Both the position numbers and the translations under genes were made by a program. From positions 1,952,001-2,016,000 of the forward strand of contig CAXXOA010000001.1 in assembly GCA_963666275.2 (NCBI GenBank): DNA of 64,000 bases. Direction: 5' to 3'. The notes under the pieces were generated by a model. That model had not been told where the DNA came from. It was given only the letters and a program-made list of their open reading frames with translations, and did not search any database. This stretch comes from Oceanispirochaeta sp. (GTDB lineage: Bacteria > Spirochaetota > Spirochaetia > DSM-2461). Positions 41,383-50,605 of this stretch are shown one piece after another (the first letter of the stretch is position 1; every line of letters starts with the position of its first letter).

Positions 41383-41882
41383 TCCAGTATCCAGCCTTCT
41401 AACAGTTCAATCTCTTTCTCAGTCACACTAATGGAGCCGATGAACACATCATTGAAAGGAACAAGCTTTCTGGATGAATCTTCCATCTCAACTTCGAAAA
41501 GTTCACCATTCCCTCCCTCAATAATTGAGAGAACCGTGCCGACTTTACTGCTGTTCAGAACAAGATTGCATCCAATTAGATCCGCATGATAAAACTCATT
41601 GTCCTCAAGCGGAGCCGCCAATTCGCGGGGAACCCATATTTCCCAGTTGGAATAAAGTTTTCCCTGTTCAGGCGTATCAATTCCCTTCAGCTTCATAAGT
41701 AACTGATCACCGTTTGGTTTTACGGTTTCAACTTCGAAATTCCGGGAAGAACCCTCTTTAACCAGAGTTATTTTCTCCAGTTTGAAAAAGTGATCCACTT
41801 CTCCCGAAAAACTTCTGACCTTTAAATAGCCCCGGACACCATGAGTCGTCCGCACAGCTCCAATTGCTATTTGGTCATTCAT
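41379..41882 (-). CDS. rimM: Ribosome maturation factor RimM
   Basis: HGVRGYLKV, EFYHADLIG, LVPF; position in the operon. Confidence 0.95.
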   Translation of the reverse strand: MNDQIAIGAVRTTHGVRGYLKVRSFSGEVDHFFKLEKITLVKEGSSRNFEVETVKPNGDQLLMKLKGIDTPEQGKLYSNWEIWVPRELAAPLEDNEFYHADLIGCNLVLNSSKVGTVLSIIEGGNGELFEVEMEDSSRKLVPFNDVFIGSISVTEKEIELLEGWILD

Positions 41883-42115
41883 TAGTCCAGAATTTCCAGC
41901 ACAAATCTCTTACCGGTTTTATTTGCGGAAGCACTGAGAATAGTTCTCACAGCTTTAGCAATTCGACCGTGCTTGCCGATGACTTTTCCAATATCATCTT
42001 CAGCTACCTTCAATTCCAGAATCGTAGACTTTTCCCCTTCAATCTGATTTACAAAAACAGATTCGGAATCATCTACTAAAGATCTGGCTATAAATTCAAC
42101 TAATTCTTTTTCCAC
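41882..42115 (-). CDS. khpA: KH-domain RNA-binding protein KhpA (YlqC)
   Basis: DIGKVIGKHGRIAKAVR; lies between rpsP and rimM. Confidence 0.92.
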   Translation of the reverse strand: MEKELVEFIARSLVDDSESVFVNQIEGEKSTILELKVAEDDIGKVIGKHGRIAKAVRTILSASANKTGKRFVLEILD

Positions 42116-42137
42116 AATAACTCCCGAAAGCTAAAAA

Positions 42138-42383
42138 TTAAAGGTAAAATTTGTTTTTATTCAGAAGTTTCCGTACAGTATCAGTAGGCTGAGCACCCTT
42201 ATCGAGCCACTCTCTGATTTTTGTTTCTGAAAATTTTACCTGACGCTCTTCAGCTTCTACCGGATGATAGTAACCAACCTCATCAATTGTTCTTCCATCT
42301 CTGGGTGCTCTTGCATCCATAACAACTATTCTGTAATAAGGGCGTTTTTTCGCACCCATTCTTTTTAAACGTATCTTAACCAC
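42138..42383 (-). CDS. rpsP: 30S ribosomal protein S16
   Basis: [27 protein letters not shown]. Confidence 0.98.
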   Translation of the reverse strand: MVKIRLKRMGAKKRPYYRIVVMDARAPRDGRTIDEVGYYHPVEAEERQVKFSETKIREWLDKGAQPTDTVRKLLNKNKFYL

Positions 42384-42401
42384 TTAACAATTCTCCTAAG
42401 T

Positions 42402-43736
42402 TTAAGACATACCGCCCAGCTGATTCATCAACTGAGCCTGATATTTTTTGTTTTTGCTGATTTTCTTCATCATCAGCCGCATTTTCTCAAAATTCTTCAG
42501 AAGTTTGTTCACATCAGCAACAGTTGAGCCGCTACCCAGGGCAATTCGCCTTTTCCGGGGTGGTCCAATGATTCTGTGATTCCGTCTCTCCTGAAAAGTC
42601 ATTGAGAGAATAATCGCTTCCTCACGTTTCAGAGCATTTTCGTCAATATCATCTTCACTCACTTTCCCTGCCAATCCGGGAAGCATGCCAAGAAGTGATT
42701 GAACACTGCCCATTTTACGCATTTTCTGAAACTGATCGAGGTAATCTTCCAGCGTAAAAGTCGCTGTTGCCATTTTCCTCTGCAGTTCCAGAGCATCTTC
42801 TTCAGAAGCCTGCTCCTGAGCCTTTTCTACAAGGGAGACTATATCACCCATCCCGAGGATACGGGAAGCAATACGCTCCGGATAGAAAGGTTCAAGATCA
42901 TCTATTTTTTCACCGACTCCGATAAACTTAATTGGTTTCCCTGTGATGCTCTTGAGGGAAAGAGCAGCACCGCCGCGTGTATCGGAGTCAAATTTGCTTA
43001 GTATCACACCGCTGATATCAAGTTCTTCGTTAAAAGTCTTGGCAATATCAACAGCACTCTGACCGGTCATGGAATCTGCCACGAGCAGAGTTTCTTCAGG
43101 GTTGACCGCTTTTTTGATATCATGAATTTCCTTCATCATATCCTGATCAATCTGAAGACGACCGGCTGTATCTATAATGACAGCATTATATTGAAATTTC
43201 TTTGCATGTTTAAGAGCATTCTTTGCCACTTTCAGGGCATTTTTGGTGCTCTCCTTATATACATCTACCCCTATCTGTTCTCCCAGAACCGACAGCTGAT
43301 CTACCGCTGCGGGACGTACAAGGTCACAGGCGACAAGAAGAGGCTTTCTCCCCTCTTTTTTAAGCCTGGCTGCCAGTTTCGCCGCAGAAGTTGTTTTACC
43401 TGACCCCTGGAGTCCCAGAAAAAGGATTGAAGAGACAGTATCGGGGCCTTTTAGCTCCAGGTCCTGTCTGGAATCTCCCAGCAGTTTAACCATCCTGTCA
43501 TGGACGATTTTAATAAACATCTGACTGGGATCAACTGCCTTGAGAACTTTTTCTCCCCGGGCTTCCTCAATCGTTCTGTTAACAAAGCGCCTTACCACCC
43601 GGACATTGACGTCAGCATCCAGAAGGGCAAGTTTTATATCATTAACAGCATCTTCTATATTTTTATCTGAAATTTTTCCTTTTCCTGAAAGCTGTCTGGA
43701 AATATCGGAAAATTTTTCTGTTAGTTTATCAAGCAT
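42402..43736 (-). CDS. ffh: Signal recognition particle protein
   Basis: GLQGSGKTT, DTAGR, RGGAALS, RILGMGD, Met-rich M domain. Confidence 0.98.
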   Translation of the reverse strand: MLDKLTEKFSDISRQLSGKGKISDKNIEDAVNDIKLALLDADVNVRVVRRFVNRTIEEARGEKVLKAVDPSQMFIKIVHDRMVKLLGDSRQDLELKGPDTVSSILFLGLQGSGKTTSAAKLAARLKKEGRKPLLVACDLVRPAAVDQLSVLGEQIGVDVYKESTKNALKVAKNALKHAKKFQYNAVIIDTAGRLQIDQDMMKEIHDIKKAVNPEETLLVADSMTGQSAVDIAKTFNEELDISGVILSKFDSDTRGGAALSLKSITGKPIKFIGVGEKIDDLEPFYPERIASRILGMGDIVSLVEKAQEQASEEDALELQRKMATATFTLEDYLDQFQKMRKMGSVQSLLGMLPGLAGKVSEDDIDENALKREEAIILSMTFQERRNHRIIGPPRKRRIALGSGSTVADVNKLLKNFEKMRLMMKKISKNKKYQAQLMNQLGGMS

Positions 43737-43769
43737 ATAACTTTAGTAAATCCCGCAAAAAGTTTTGAT

Positions 43770-43798
43770 TTTATACCGCGTTATGAAAAAACTGTCAA
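43770..43798 (-). promoter_or_regulatory. Sigma70 promoter of the ffh-rpsP operon
   Basis: Minus strand TTGACA-N17-TATAAA, about 35 bp before the ffh ATG. Confidence 0.7.
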
Positions 43799-43822
43799 CA
43801 CGGAGTGATGTAAACCATGACA

Positions 43823-45373
43823 TTATTGAACTTTAAAGTAGTGTCTGTCAAGATAACGAAGCCTTTCTTCGGCCTGAAATTTTTCCATGGAAACCGGATA
43901 GGTCTCAATCAGATAGAGATAGATATCCCGGGCTCTTTCAAGAGACTGATTCTCTCCCGGAAGTTCATACTGCCAGCCCAGGTTTATCAGTTCATCAGGG
44001 GTATAGCTGTCCAGGTTTTCACTCTTTTCCTCACCATCTCTGTTCTGACCGGGTAATTCCTCCGCTTCGGGTTCTTCCATGACTGGGGGAAGCTCCGCTT
44101 CAGTCTCAGCCGTGTCCTGGTTCATACGGTTCAGCTCTTCCCTGTCACTATCTGTGAACAGTTCCTCCTCCGAAAGCGGATCCGGAATATCACTACCGGT
44201 GCTCTCAGGCGAAGACTGGCTGAATATATCCTGATCTGTCAGAGCAAGAGAGTACTGCAGGTTTTCACCGTTCTGAAGATCCTGTTTCATCAGGATAATT
44301 CTTATATCCCCGCTGTTATCATCCAGTCTGAAAATAAAATCCGTCGTACCACGGGAAGGATCATATATTTTATCAGTCAGCTGTAGAGAACCTTCCTCCA
44401 TCCGGGAACTGAGAAAGATCCATCCGGACCCCTCCAGGGAGAGCAGGAGGCGCCCCAGATGATCTCTTCGGGTCGAAAAACTTCCATCTTCCAGTTTCAG
44501 GAGAACCTCTGAATCGGCTTCCCGTTCCTCTTCAGAAGGACCGGGACTATCCAGAAGACTCTCTTTATCTACTGAAGGATCCCACTGTTCCACAGGTATA
44601 TCCCCGTAATCAGGGGCAGCTTTTCCAGCAGGTTCCTCCTGATTCTCAATCAGAGGATTTTGGGGAAAAGGATCAAATTCCGAGGGAAGATCTTCCGTGA
44701 CAGCGGGCTCTTCCGTGACAGCAGGTTCTTCCGTGACAGCAGGTTCTTCCGTGACAGCAGGTTCTTCCGTGACAGCAGGTTCTTCCGTGACAGCAGGTTC
44801 TTCCGTGACAGCGGGTTCTTCCGTGACAGCGGGTTCTTCCGTGACAGCGGGTTCTTCCGTGACAGCAGGTTCTTCTGTGACAGCGGGTTCTTCCGTGACA
44901 GCAGGTTCTTCTGTGACAGCAGGTTCTTCCGTGACAGCAGGTTCTTCCGTGACAGCAGGTTCTTCCATGACAGCAGGTTCTTCCGTGACAGCGGGTTCTT
45001 CCGTGACAGCGGGTTCTTCCGTGACAGCGGGTTCTTCCGTGACAGCGGGTTCTTCCGTGACAGCGGGTGCTTCATTGTTCAGCAGATTCTCGGCTTCTTT
45101 GGGTTTTCCTTTTAAAACAGGCTCATTTTTCGGCTTTTTCGCTGTTTCCTCTTCTGAAGGCTCCCCTGCCTCCTGAGACGCAGCCTCTTCGGCATCTGCC
45201 TGAGGAAACTCCCCATGGGAGAATTCCCCTTCTGTCTCTCCGGAAGTGACCCCTTCTTCCATCTGGTTCTGATTTTCCGGACTCTCATCTGTCCCGGAGG
45301 GATCTGTACCGGCCGTCTGACAACTGAAGAAAAGAGCCATAGAAATGAAACCGATTATAAGACTTTTTTTCAT
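43823..45373 (-). CDS. Acidic lipoprotein with a (PAVTEE)21 repeat and a C-terminal TPR-like hairpin
   Basis: MKK, hydrophobic core, LFFSC lipobox; tandem repeat; C-terminal LERARDIYLYLIETYPVS. Confidence 0.8.
   Translation of the reverse strand: MKKSLIIGFISMALFFSCQTAGTDPSGTDESPENQNQMEEGVTSGETEGEFSHGEFPQADAEEAASQEAGEPSEEETAKKPKNEPVLKGKPKEAENLLNNEAPAVTEEPAVTEEPAVTEEPAVTEEPAVTEEPAVMEEPAVTEEPAVTEEPAVTEEPAVTEEPAVTEEPAVTEEPAVTEEPAVTEEPAVTEEPAVTEEPAVTEEPAVTEEPAVTEEPAVTEEPAVTEDLPSEFDPFPQNPLIENQEEPAGKAAPDYGDIPVEQWDPSVDKESLLDSPGPSEEEREADSEVLLKLEDGSFSTRRDHLGRLLLSLEGSGWIFLSSRMEEGSLQLTDKIYDPSRGTTDFIFRLDDNSGDIRIILMKQDLQNGENLQYSLALTDQDIFSQSSPESTGSDIPDPLSEEELFTDSDREELNRMNQDTAETEAELPPVMEEPEAEELPGQNRDGEEKSENLDSYTPDELINLGWQYELPGENQSLERARDIYLYLIETYPVSMEKFQAEERLRYLDRHYFKVQ
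44691..45068 (-). repeat. 21 tandem copies of an 18-bp coding unit (CCy GCT GTC ACr GAA GAr = PAVTEE)
   Basis: Plus-strand unit TCTTCyrTGACAGCrGGy repeated head to tail over 378 bp with no spacers. Confidence 0.97.
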
Positions 45374-45385
45374 GGATCCTTTTCC

Positions 45386-45781
45386 CTATGGGGCATCCTT
45401 CAGAATATCCCAGATCAGTTCATGATTTGCTTTGCTAAAATAGTCAATGTCACTTCTGTCAGCGGGAATCCAGAATTCACGGACCTTTTCCCGGGGCCAG
45501 GGAATCTCAGTCGACCTGTACAGCTCCATATCAAGATTCAACTGTTCCAGATTTTCAAAAAAAAGGAGATTGCTCTGGGCCATATCTGCAATAGCTTCAT
45601 CCAGCTTTTCCAGGTTATAGGCCATTTTCTGTTCTTCCGCAGTATTTATTTTTTTGTCGTTCACGAAATCTCTGATCACCAGAAATCCTGCAATGAGAAA
45701 AGAGAGAGACAAAGCGGAGATTCCCATAATGATGAAAACTCTCGGTTTCAGATCCTTCAGATATCTTTTAAACAGGGGCAT
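45386..45781 (-). CDS. Hypothetical single-TM protein
   Basis: Overlaps the smc stop; N-terminal TM. Confidence 0.7.
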   Translation of the reverse strand: MPLFKRYLKDLKPRVFIIMGISALSLSFLIAGFLVIRDFVNDKKINTAEEQKMAYNLEKLDEAIADMAQSNLLFFENLEQLNLDMELYRSTEIPWPREKVREFWIPADRSDIDYFSKANHELIWDILKDAP

Positions 45782-48560
45782 TACTCAACTCTCCGATCTT
45801 CATTGCCAGCAGCTTTGAAATTCCGGATTCCTGCATAGTGATACCCAGCAGTGTTTTTGCGCCGGTTACCGTTTTTTTATTGTGAGTGATCACTATGAAT
45901 TGGGATTTGGATCCGAACTCGATCAGAACATTCACAAACCTCTGAATATTGGCATCATCCAGAGCCGCATCAATCTCATCCAGAATACAGAAAGGCGATG
46001 GTTTTACAACATAGGTGGCAAAAAGGAGTGCAACAGCGGTCAGACTCCTTTCTCCTCCGGAAAGAAGGGAAATATTCTCCAGTTTCTTACCCGGAGGCTG
46101 GGCATAAATTTCTATACCAGATTCAAGCACATTATCCGTATCAAGAAGTTTCAGTTCTGCTCTTCCGCCTCCGAACATGCGCCTGAAAATATCATGAAAA
46201 TGAGTTTTGATCTCATTGTATGTTTTGATAAAAAGCTGCGTGGACTCCTTCTGAATTTCTGCTGTAACCATCTGCAGATTTTCCTTTGCCTGTTCCAGGT
46301 CATTCAGCTGGGTCGTCAGAAAATCATACCGTTCTTTCACCTCGATAAACTCTTCAGGTGCCATCAGGTTTACCTGACCGAGGGATTTAATCTTATCTTT
46401 CGCTGAGGCCTGTTCTGATCTCAGATCCTGTCTTGTGGCCGTAATTTCCGGTAGCCTGTCCAGATATTTATTGATATCCGACGCATTGTTGTCTCTGAAA
46501 TCCTGGCAGAGATCTTCAATCTCCTCCTGGAGATGACTTTTTTCCAGAGAGTGTTTTTCCAGAGCCAGGAGAAGTTCCTGAAGTTTTGAGTTCTTATCTT
46601 TCAGCTCCCCCTCTTTGCCCGAAACATCTTTATTCCTGCTGTGTATGGATGTTTCCAGTTCTTTCAGGCTTTTCTGAAGAGACTGTTTATTTTCTTCAAG
46701 GTTTTTGAGCTGTTCCTCTGATTCTGTAATGCTTTTACGGGTCTCTGCGATCCTTTTTTCAAGACGGGTGATTTCTTCAAGATTCTGCCTGAGCATTTCA
46801 TCAAAACCGCTCTTCTCAACTTCCAGACTCTTCAGATTATCCTCAATAGCTGAAACCTGTGTTGCCATTCTGGCCTGATTGACCCTGAGATCCTCCAGGG
46901 TTTTTCTGAACTCCTGAATTTTAAGATCTAACTGACTGTTCTCTTCGTTGCATCGGTGAATCTCTTCTCTGGCTGTTTTCAGATTCTTTTTGAGAACTGA
47001 AAGTTTTTCGTCAATATCCCTTTTCTGGGTAATGATCCCCTGGGGAGCCAGAAAATCATTCAGGAAATCCGGCTCCAGGCTTGTATAACGCTGGACCTGA
47101 TCCTTCAGATTGCCCATAACATTGCGGATCTCTTTAAGACTCTTCACGCCGGAATCCCAGATCTCTGTGTCATCTTTCCGGACACCGACCTTCCCGGCAT
47201 CCTCCCAGAGAGAAAGTTTTCCGTCCAGCTGAATAATGATGGATTCCATGGATTCCTGAATCTGTTCCTTCAGGGATGATCTCTGCTTGAGAGACATACC
47301 CGACTCTTTCAGACCCGTATCGAGCTGATGGACAATATTATCTGTCAGAGACCGGAGATTTTCCTGCAGTTTCTCCTGTTCCTCTTCCCATTTGGCTATA
47401 TTATTTTCCTGTTTTTCAATGATAAGAGAATTCTCGCCTATCCGGTTTTCAGAAGACTGGATACTCTTCTGAAAATTCAGGATATTATTCTCCACGTCTT
47501 TGAGCTGATCCCGGTACTCCTGGAGTTTTTTCTTTTTTTCTTCAGATTCCTGCCGGAGAGAATCCACTTTACTGTTAATATCCTTCTCTTTCTGCTTGAG
47601 AAGTACTATCTGACTCTCTACTTCCTTATTCTGCTCTTTCAGAAGCTTGATTCTGTTGTACTGATTGTCTTTTTCAAGATCAATACCGTAAAGTTTCTTC
47701 TGATCTTCAATCAGCTGGGATTCCATTGAGTTCACTTCATCCAGATTGGAAGCGAGGTTCCCGTTAAGAGTTTCTATCTGTGTGCTCAGTTTGGATTTCT
47801 TTTCAAGAACCTTTTTATAGAGCTCATCTTTTTTGGTGAAATTTTCCTGAAGGGTTTTATACTTCAGCAGCTGAAGGTCAATTTCAATGGAGAAAAGACC
47901 TTCCCGGAGAGCCCTGTACTGCATCGTTTTTTCAGACTGCTTTTTCAGTGTGTCATAATTTTTTTTGACTTCACTCAGGATATTCTCAACCTGAACCATG
48001 TTTTCTTTGGTCCTGGCCAGTTTTCTTTCGGCCTCATGGCCTTTCATTTTAAAACGGGTAATGCCGGCGGCTTCTTCAAAAAGAGAACGCCTCTCTTCCG
48101 GTTTATTGGAAAGGACCTGATCGATCTTTCCCTGTTCCATTATGGAATAGGCTGATTTCCCGATTCCGGTGTCATAAAAGATCTCCCTCAGTTCTTTGAG
48201 CTTTACCTGGGTATTATTCACATAATACTCACTCTCACCGGTTCGGTAGAGGCGTCTTTTTATGGATATTTCGGGAAGATCAAGATCCAGGATATTCTCT
48301 TCGTTGGAAACCAGCAGAGTCACTTCTGCCACATTCAGAGCTTTACGGTTTTCTGTTCCGTTGAAGATAACATCTTCCATCTTTTCAGCACGCATATTCC
48401 TTGTGGACTGTTCTCCGAGAACCCACTTGATGGAATCCACAATATTGCTTTTACCGCAGCCGTTCGGGCCGAGAAGAGCAGTTATTCCATCGGTGAAATC
48501 AATTTGGGTTCTATCGGCAAAAGATTTAAATCCTAACAGTTCAATTCTTTTTAGAAACAC
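45768..48560 (-). CDS. smc: SMC chromosome segregation protein (short, 930 aa)
   Basis: GFKSFAD, GPNGCGKSN, LSGGE, ILDEIDAALD, ITH; scpAB in the same window. Confidence 0.92.
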   Translation of the reverse strand: MFLKRIELLGFKSFADRTQIDFTDGITALLGPNGCGKSNIVDSIKWVLGEQSTRNMRAEKMEDVIFNGTENRKALNVAEVTLLVSNEENILDLDLPEISIKRRLYRTGESEYYVNNTQVKLKELREIFYDTGIGKSAYSIMEQGKIDQVLSNKPEERRSLFEEAAGITRFKMKGHEAERKLARTKENMVQVENILSEVKKNYDTLKKQSEKTMQYRALREGLFSIEIDLQLLKYKTLQENFTKKDELYKKVLEKKSKLSTQIETLNGNLASNLDEVNSMESQLIEDQKKLYGIDLEKDNQYNRIKLLKEQNKEVESQIVLLKQKEKDINSKVDSLRQESEEKKKKLQEYRDQLKDVENNILNFQKSIQSSENRIGENSLIIEKQENNIAKWEEEQEKLQENLRSLTDNIVHQLDTGLKESGMSLKQRSSLKEQIQESMESIIIQLDGKLSLWEDAGKVGVRKDDTEIWDSGVKSLKEIRNVMGNLKDQVQRYTSLEPDFLNDFLAPQGIITQKRDIDEKLSVLKKNLKTAREEIHRCNEENSQLDLKIQEFRKTLEDLRVNQARMATQVSAIEDNLKSLEVEKSGFDEMLRQNLEEITRLEKRIAETRKSITESEEQLKNLEENKQSLQKSLKELETSIHSRNKDVSGKEGELKDKNSKLQELLLALEKHSLEKSHLQEEIEDLCQDFRDNNASDINKYLDRLPEITATRQDLRSEQASAKDKIKSLGQVNLMAPEEFIEVKERYDFLTTQLNDLEQAKENLQMVTAEIQKESTQLFIKTYNEIKTHFHDIFRRMFGGGRAELKLLDTDNVLESGIEIYAQPPGKKLENISLLSGGERSLTAVALLFATYVVKPSPFCILDEIDAALDDANIQRFVNVLIEFGSKSQFIVITHNKKTVTGAKTLLGITMQESGISKLLAMKIGELSNAPV

Positions 48561-48682
48561 GATGCCTCCAGGGGATTATTAAACGTATCATATCATATCA
48601 GAAAATTTTATTCATCTTCTGATTTATTTTTTCTTTATTCAGGAATATTGAGATTTTGGTATGTTGAATTATTTTTTTTACT

Positions 48683-49138
48683 TTATGAGATGCGGCTTTT
48701 GATCTTATCTACAGCAGCATCAAAACCATCCAGAAATGTTTCCAGATTCCTGACAAAGACACGGATTGAAACATTTTCATAATTTTCATCCATATTGACT
48801 CTGCTTTCAGATACTGTCAGATACAGTTCTCCGGTTTTGGAAGACTTCACAAGGAAAGTGTACTTCCTTTTTCCGGAACCTGTTTTCAATTCACTCTGAA
48901 AAGGTTCGATAGATGCTTTCATTTTTCCGACGGCTTCTTCAAAATGCTGCAGGAATTTCGTCAGATCTTCCATGTAGACAATCAGGGAGAATCGTTTAAA
49001 ACTGCTGTCCCGTTTCTTACTTTCGACCAGGTTCAGAAAGAGGTCTCCGTAACGGTTCTCCTTCACATTGAAAAAATAGGTCAGACTCCCGTCATCAGCA
49101 AAACGTTTGGAAGTAAAGATTTCCCCTCTCTGTCCCAC
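48683..49138 (-). CDS. PUR-family (BpuR/DUF3276-like) nucleic-acid-binding protein with two PUR repeats
   Basis: N-half MGQRGEIFTS...TYFFNVKENRYGDLFLNLVESK matches the BpuR type; the C-half is an internal repeat; GTG start, AAGGA SD. Confidence 0.85.
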   Translation of the reverse strand: MGQRGEIFTSKRFADDGSLTYFFNVKENRYGDLFLNLVESKKRDSSFKRFSLIVYMEDLTKFLQHFEEAVGKMKASIEPFQSELKTGSGKRKYTFLVKSSKTGELYLTVSESRVNMDENYENVSIRVFVRNLETFLDGFDAAVDKIKSRIS

Positions 49139-49168
49139 AATAGCATCCTTCTCTTTGAATATGGCAGG

Positions 49169-49197
49169 ATAATAGCGGATTTACCCGGCTTAGGCAA
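49169..49197 (-). promoter_or_regulatory. Putative sigma70 promoter of the PUR gene
   Basis: Minus strand TTGCCT-N17-TATTAT, about 30 bp before the GTG. Confidence 0.55.
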
Positions 49198-49210
49198 CCC
49201 GCATGAACTC

Positions 49211-50605
49211 CTATTTACCAGGTTCATCAAAAACGATCAGAGTCCCTTCCGATCTGATCACGTCTCCCGGTTTCAGCTTTTTTGCTTTGACAGCTTTGTT
49301 ATTCACAAGAACTTCCGTATCGGATATGAGAGTAAACGAGTCATCCGCTTCTTTCACAATGGTGATGCCTGTCTGATTGTCCTGAATATTTTCAAAATTG
49401 TCATCATGAATGATCTCTGTCTTCCCCGAACTGACGGCAATAAGGGTTTTGTTCTCAGCCAGCTCAAGGATCGTACTGTTACCATCCGCCGGAGAGAGAA
49501 CTTCCAGATGAGAAAAGGGATAGAGTTTTTCGAAGGGCGTTTTGTGTATCACAAGGATAATCAGAATTGATACAACCGTCAGGATTGTAAAAACCCACCA
49601 GGGAAGGTTGGGCGGAAGACCCCAGAAGATCTCCCAGAGATAGGAAAACTCCTGACTCTCCCTGCTGCCGCTTGTGACTCTGAGTTTTTTTTCCCTTTCA
49701 AGAGAAACAACAGGGGTATAGGTAAGGCGAAACTCTTTATTGATACTGTCGTGTATTGCCAGATATGCATCTGTGAGATCCTCTTCGGAAAAAGCATCGA
49801 ATCCCTTTCCTCCGGTTTTCTCCGTCAGCCCTGTCAGTTCAGGATCAGGCTGACGGGCATAATAGATTGTATACAGTGTGATGCCGCTTTTCAGCAGCTT
49901 CTCCTGCAGTTCCTCCGGATCAATAAGGTTATTCCCGTAAAGAGGATGGGGCTCTTTTTTATTCTCTGCATAGGTGTAGTTTTCCCCGTCTGTCAGAAGT
50001 ACAAGGACTTTTCTGCCCTTACGGACACTCAGCTCCTCCATTCCCTTTTTCATAGCTCTATACATTTCCGTATAGGCATGATCCGCATCGGGCCTGTGGA
50101 TATTGGCAAGTGACTGAGCCAGTACGGTTCTGTCCGAGGTGAATTCATACTCTTTTTTAATATCCGTATTGAAGGTCATAAGGGAAAGGTTGTCTTTGTA
50201 TTCCTCTGTTTTCCCCAGGAGATCGGAAAGAGCGGAAATCAGGATGGAAATTCTCCTCTTTTCCGGATCTGTTTCAGAAGTTCCTGCTATGGAATCATAC
50301 ATACTCCCCGAATTATCCAGAAGCATCATGATGGAAATTTCATCCTGGGAATACCCGTTGTACTGGAACCTCCTGATATCAGCCTGTTTCCATTTTCCCT
50401 CGGAAGGGCTGTACTCGGAAAGAGTGAAATCTTCTGCCCCCAGAGCTCCCAGATCATCAGGATTTTCCCCTTTCAGAGAAACGTATACATCAACTGTCCC
50501 GCTGGTAAGGATTCCCGATGTATCCACACCGGTGATACTTATACTCTCCTCTGCAGTCACTGCGGAGCAGGTCAGGACAAGTAGAAGGATTATTTTTTTC
50601 AACAT
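49211..50605 (-). CDS. Exported vWA domain, TM helix and degenerate C-terminal FHA-like domain
   Basis: Signal peptide; intact MIDAS (LLDNSGSM, T, LLTDGEN); TM WWVFTILTVVSILIILVI; C-terminal VLVNNKAV...LKPGDVI. Confidence 0.82.
   Translation of the reverse strand: MLKKIILLLVLTCSAVTAEESISITGVDTSGILTSGTVDVYVSLKGENPDDLGALGAEDFTLSEYSPSEGKWKQADIRRFQYNGYSQDEISIMMLLDNSGSMYDSIAGTSETDPEKRRISILISALSDLLGKTEEYKDNLSLMTFNTDIKKEYEFTSDRTVLAQSLANIHRPDADHAYTEMYRAMKKGMEELSVRKGRKVLVLLTDGENYTYAENKKEPHPLYGNNLIDPEELQEKLLKSGITLYTIYYARQPDPELTGLTEKTGGKGFDAFSEEDLTDAYLAIHDSINKEFRLTYTPVVSLEREKKLRVTSGSRESQEFSYLWEIFWGLPPNLPWWVFTILTVVSILIILVIHKTPFEKLYPFSHLEVLSPADGNSTILELAENKTLIAVSSGKTEIIHDDNFENIQDNQTGITIVKEADDSFTLISDTEVLVNNKAVKAKKLKPGDVIRSEGTLIVFDEPGK

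Noticed and set aside
44691..45068. 18-bp repeat as a CRISPR array
   Set aside because: Units are head to tail with no unique spacers, vary synonymously inside a lipoprotein frame, and there are no cas genes
44650..45176. Alternative-frame ORFs across the repeat (SRKNLL, RDSRFF and TAGSSV repeats)
   Set aside because: They stay open only because the repeat unit has no stops; variation is synonymous in the PAVTEE frame, which also has the SD and lipobox
48586..48600. TATCA x3 micro-repeat upstream of smc
   Set aside because: Too short; adequately explained as an extended -10 (TGaTATGAT) on the minus strand
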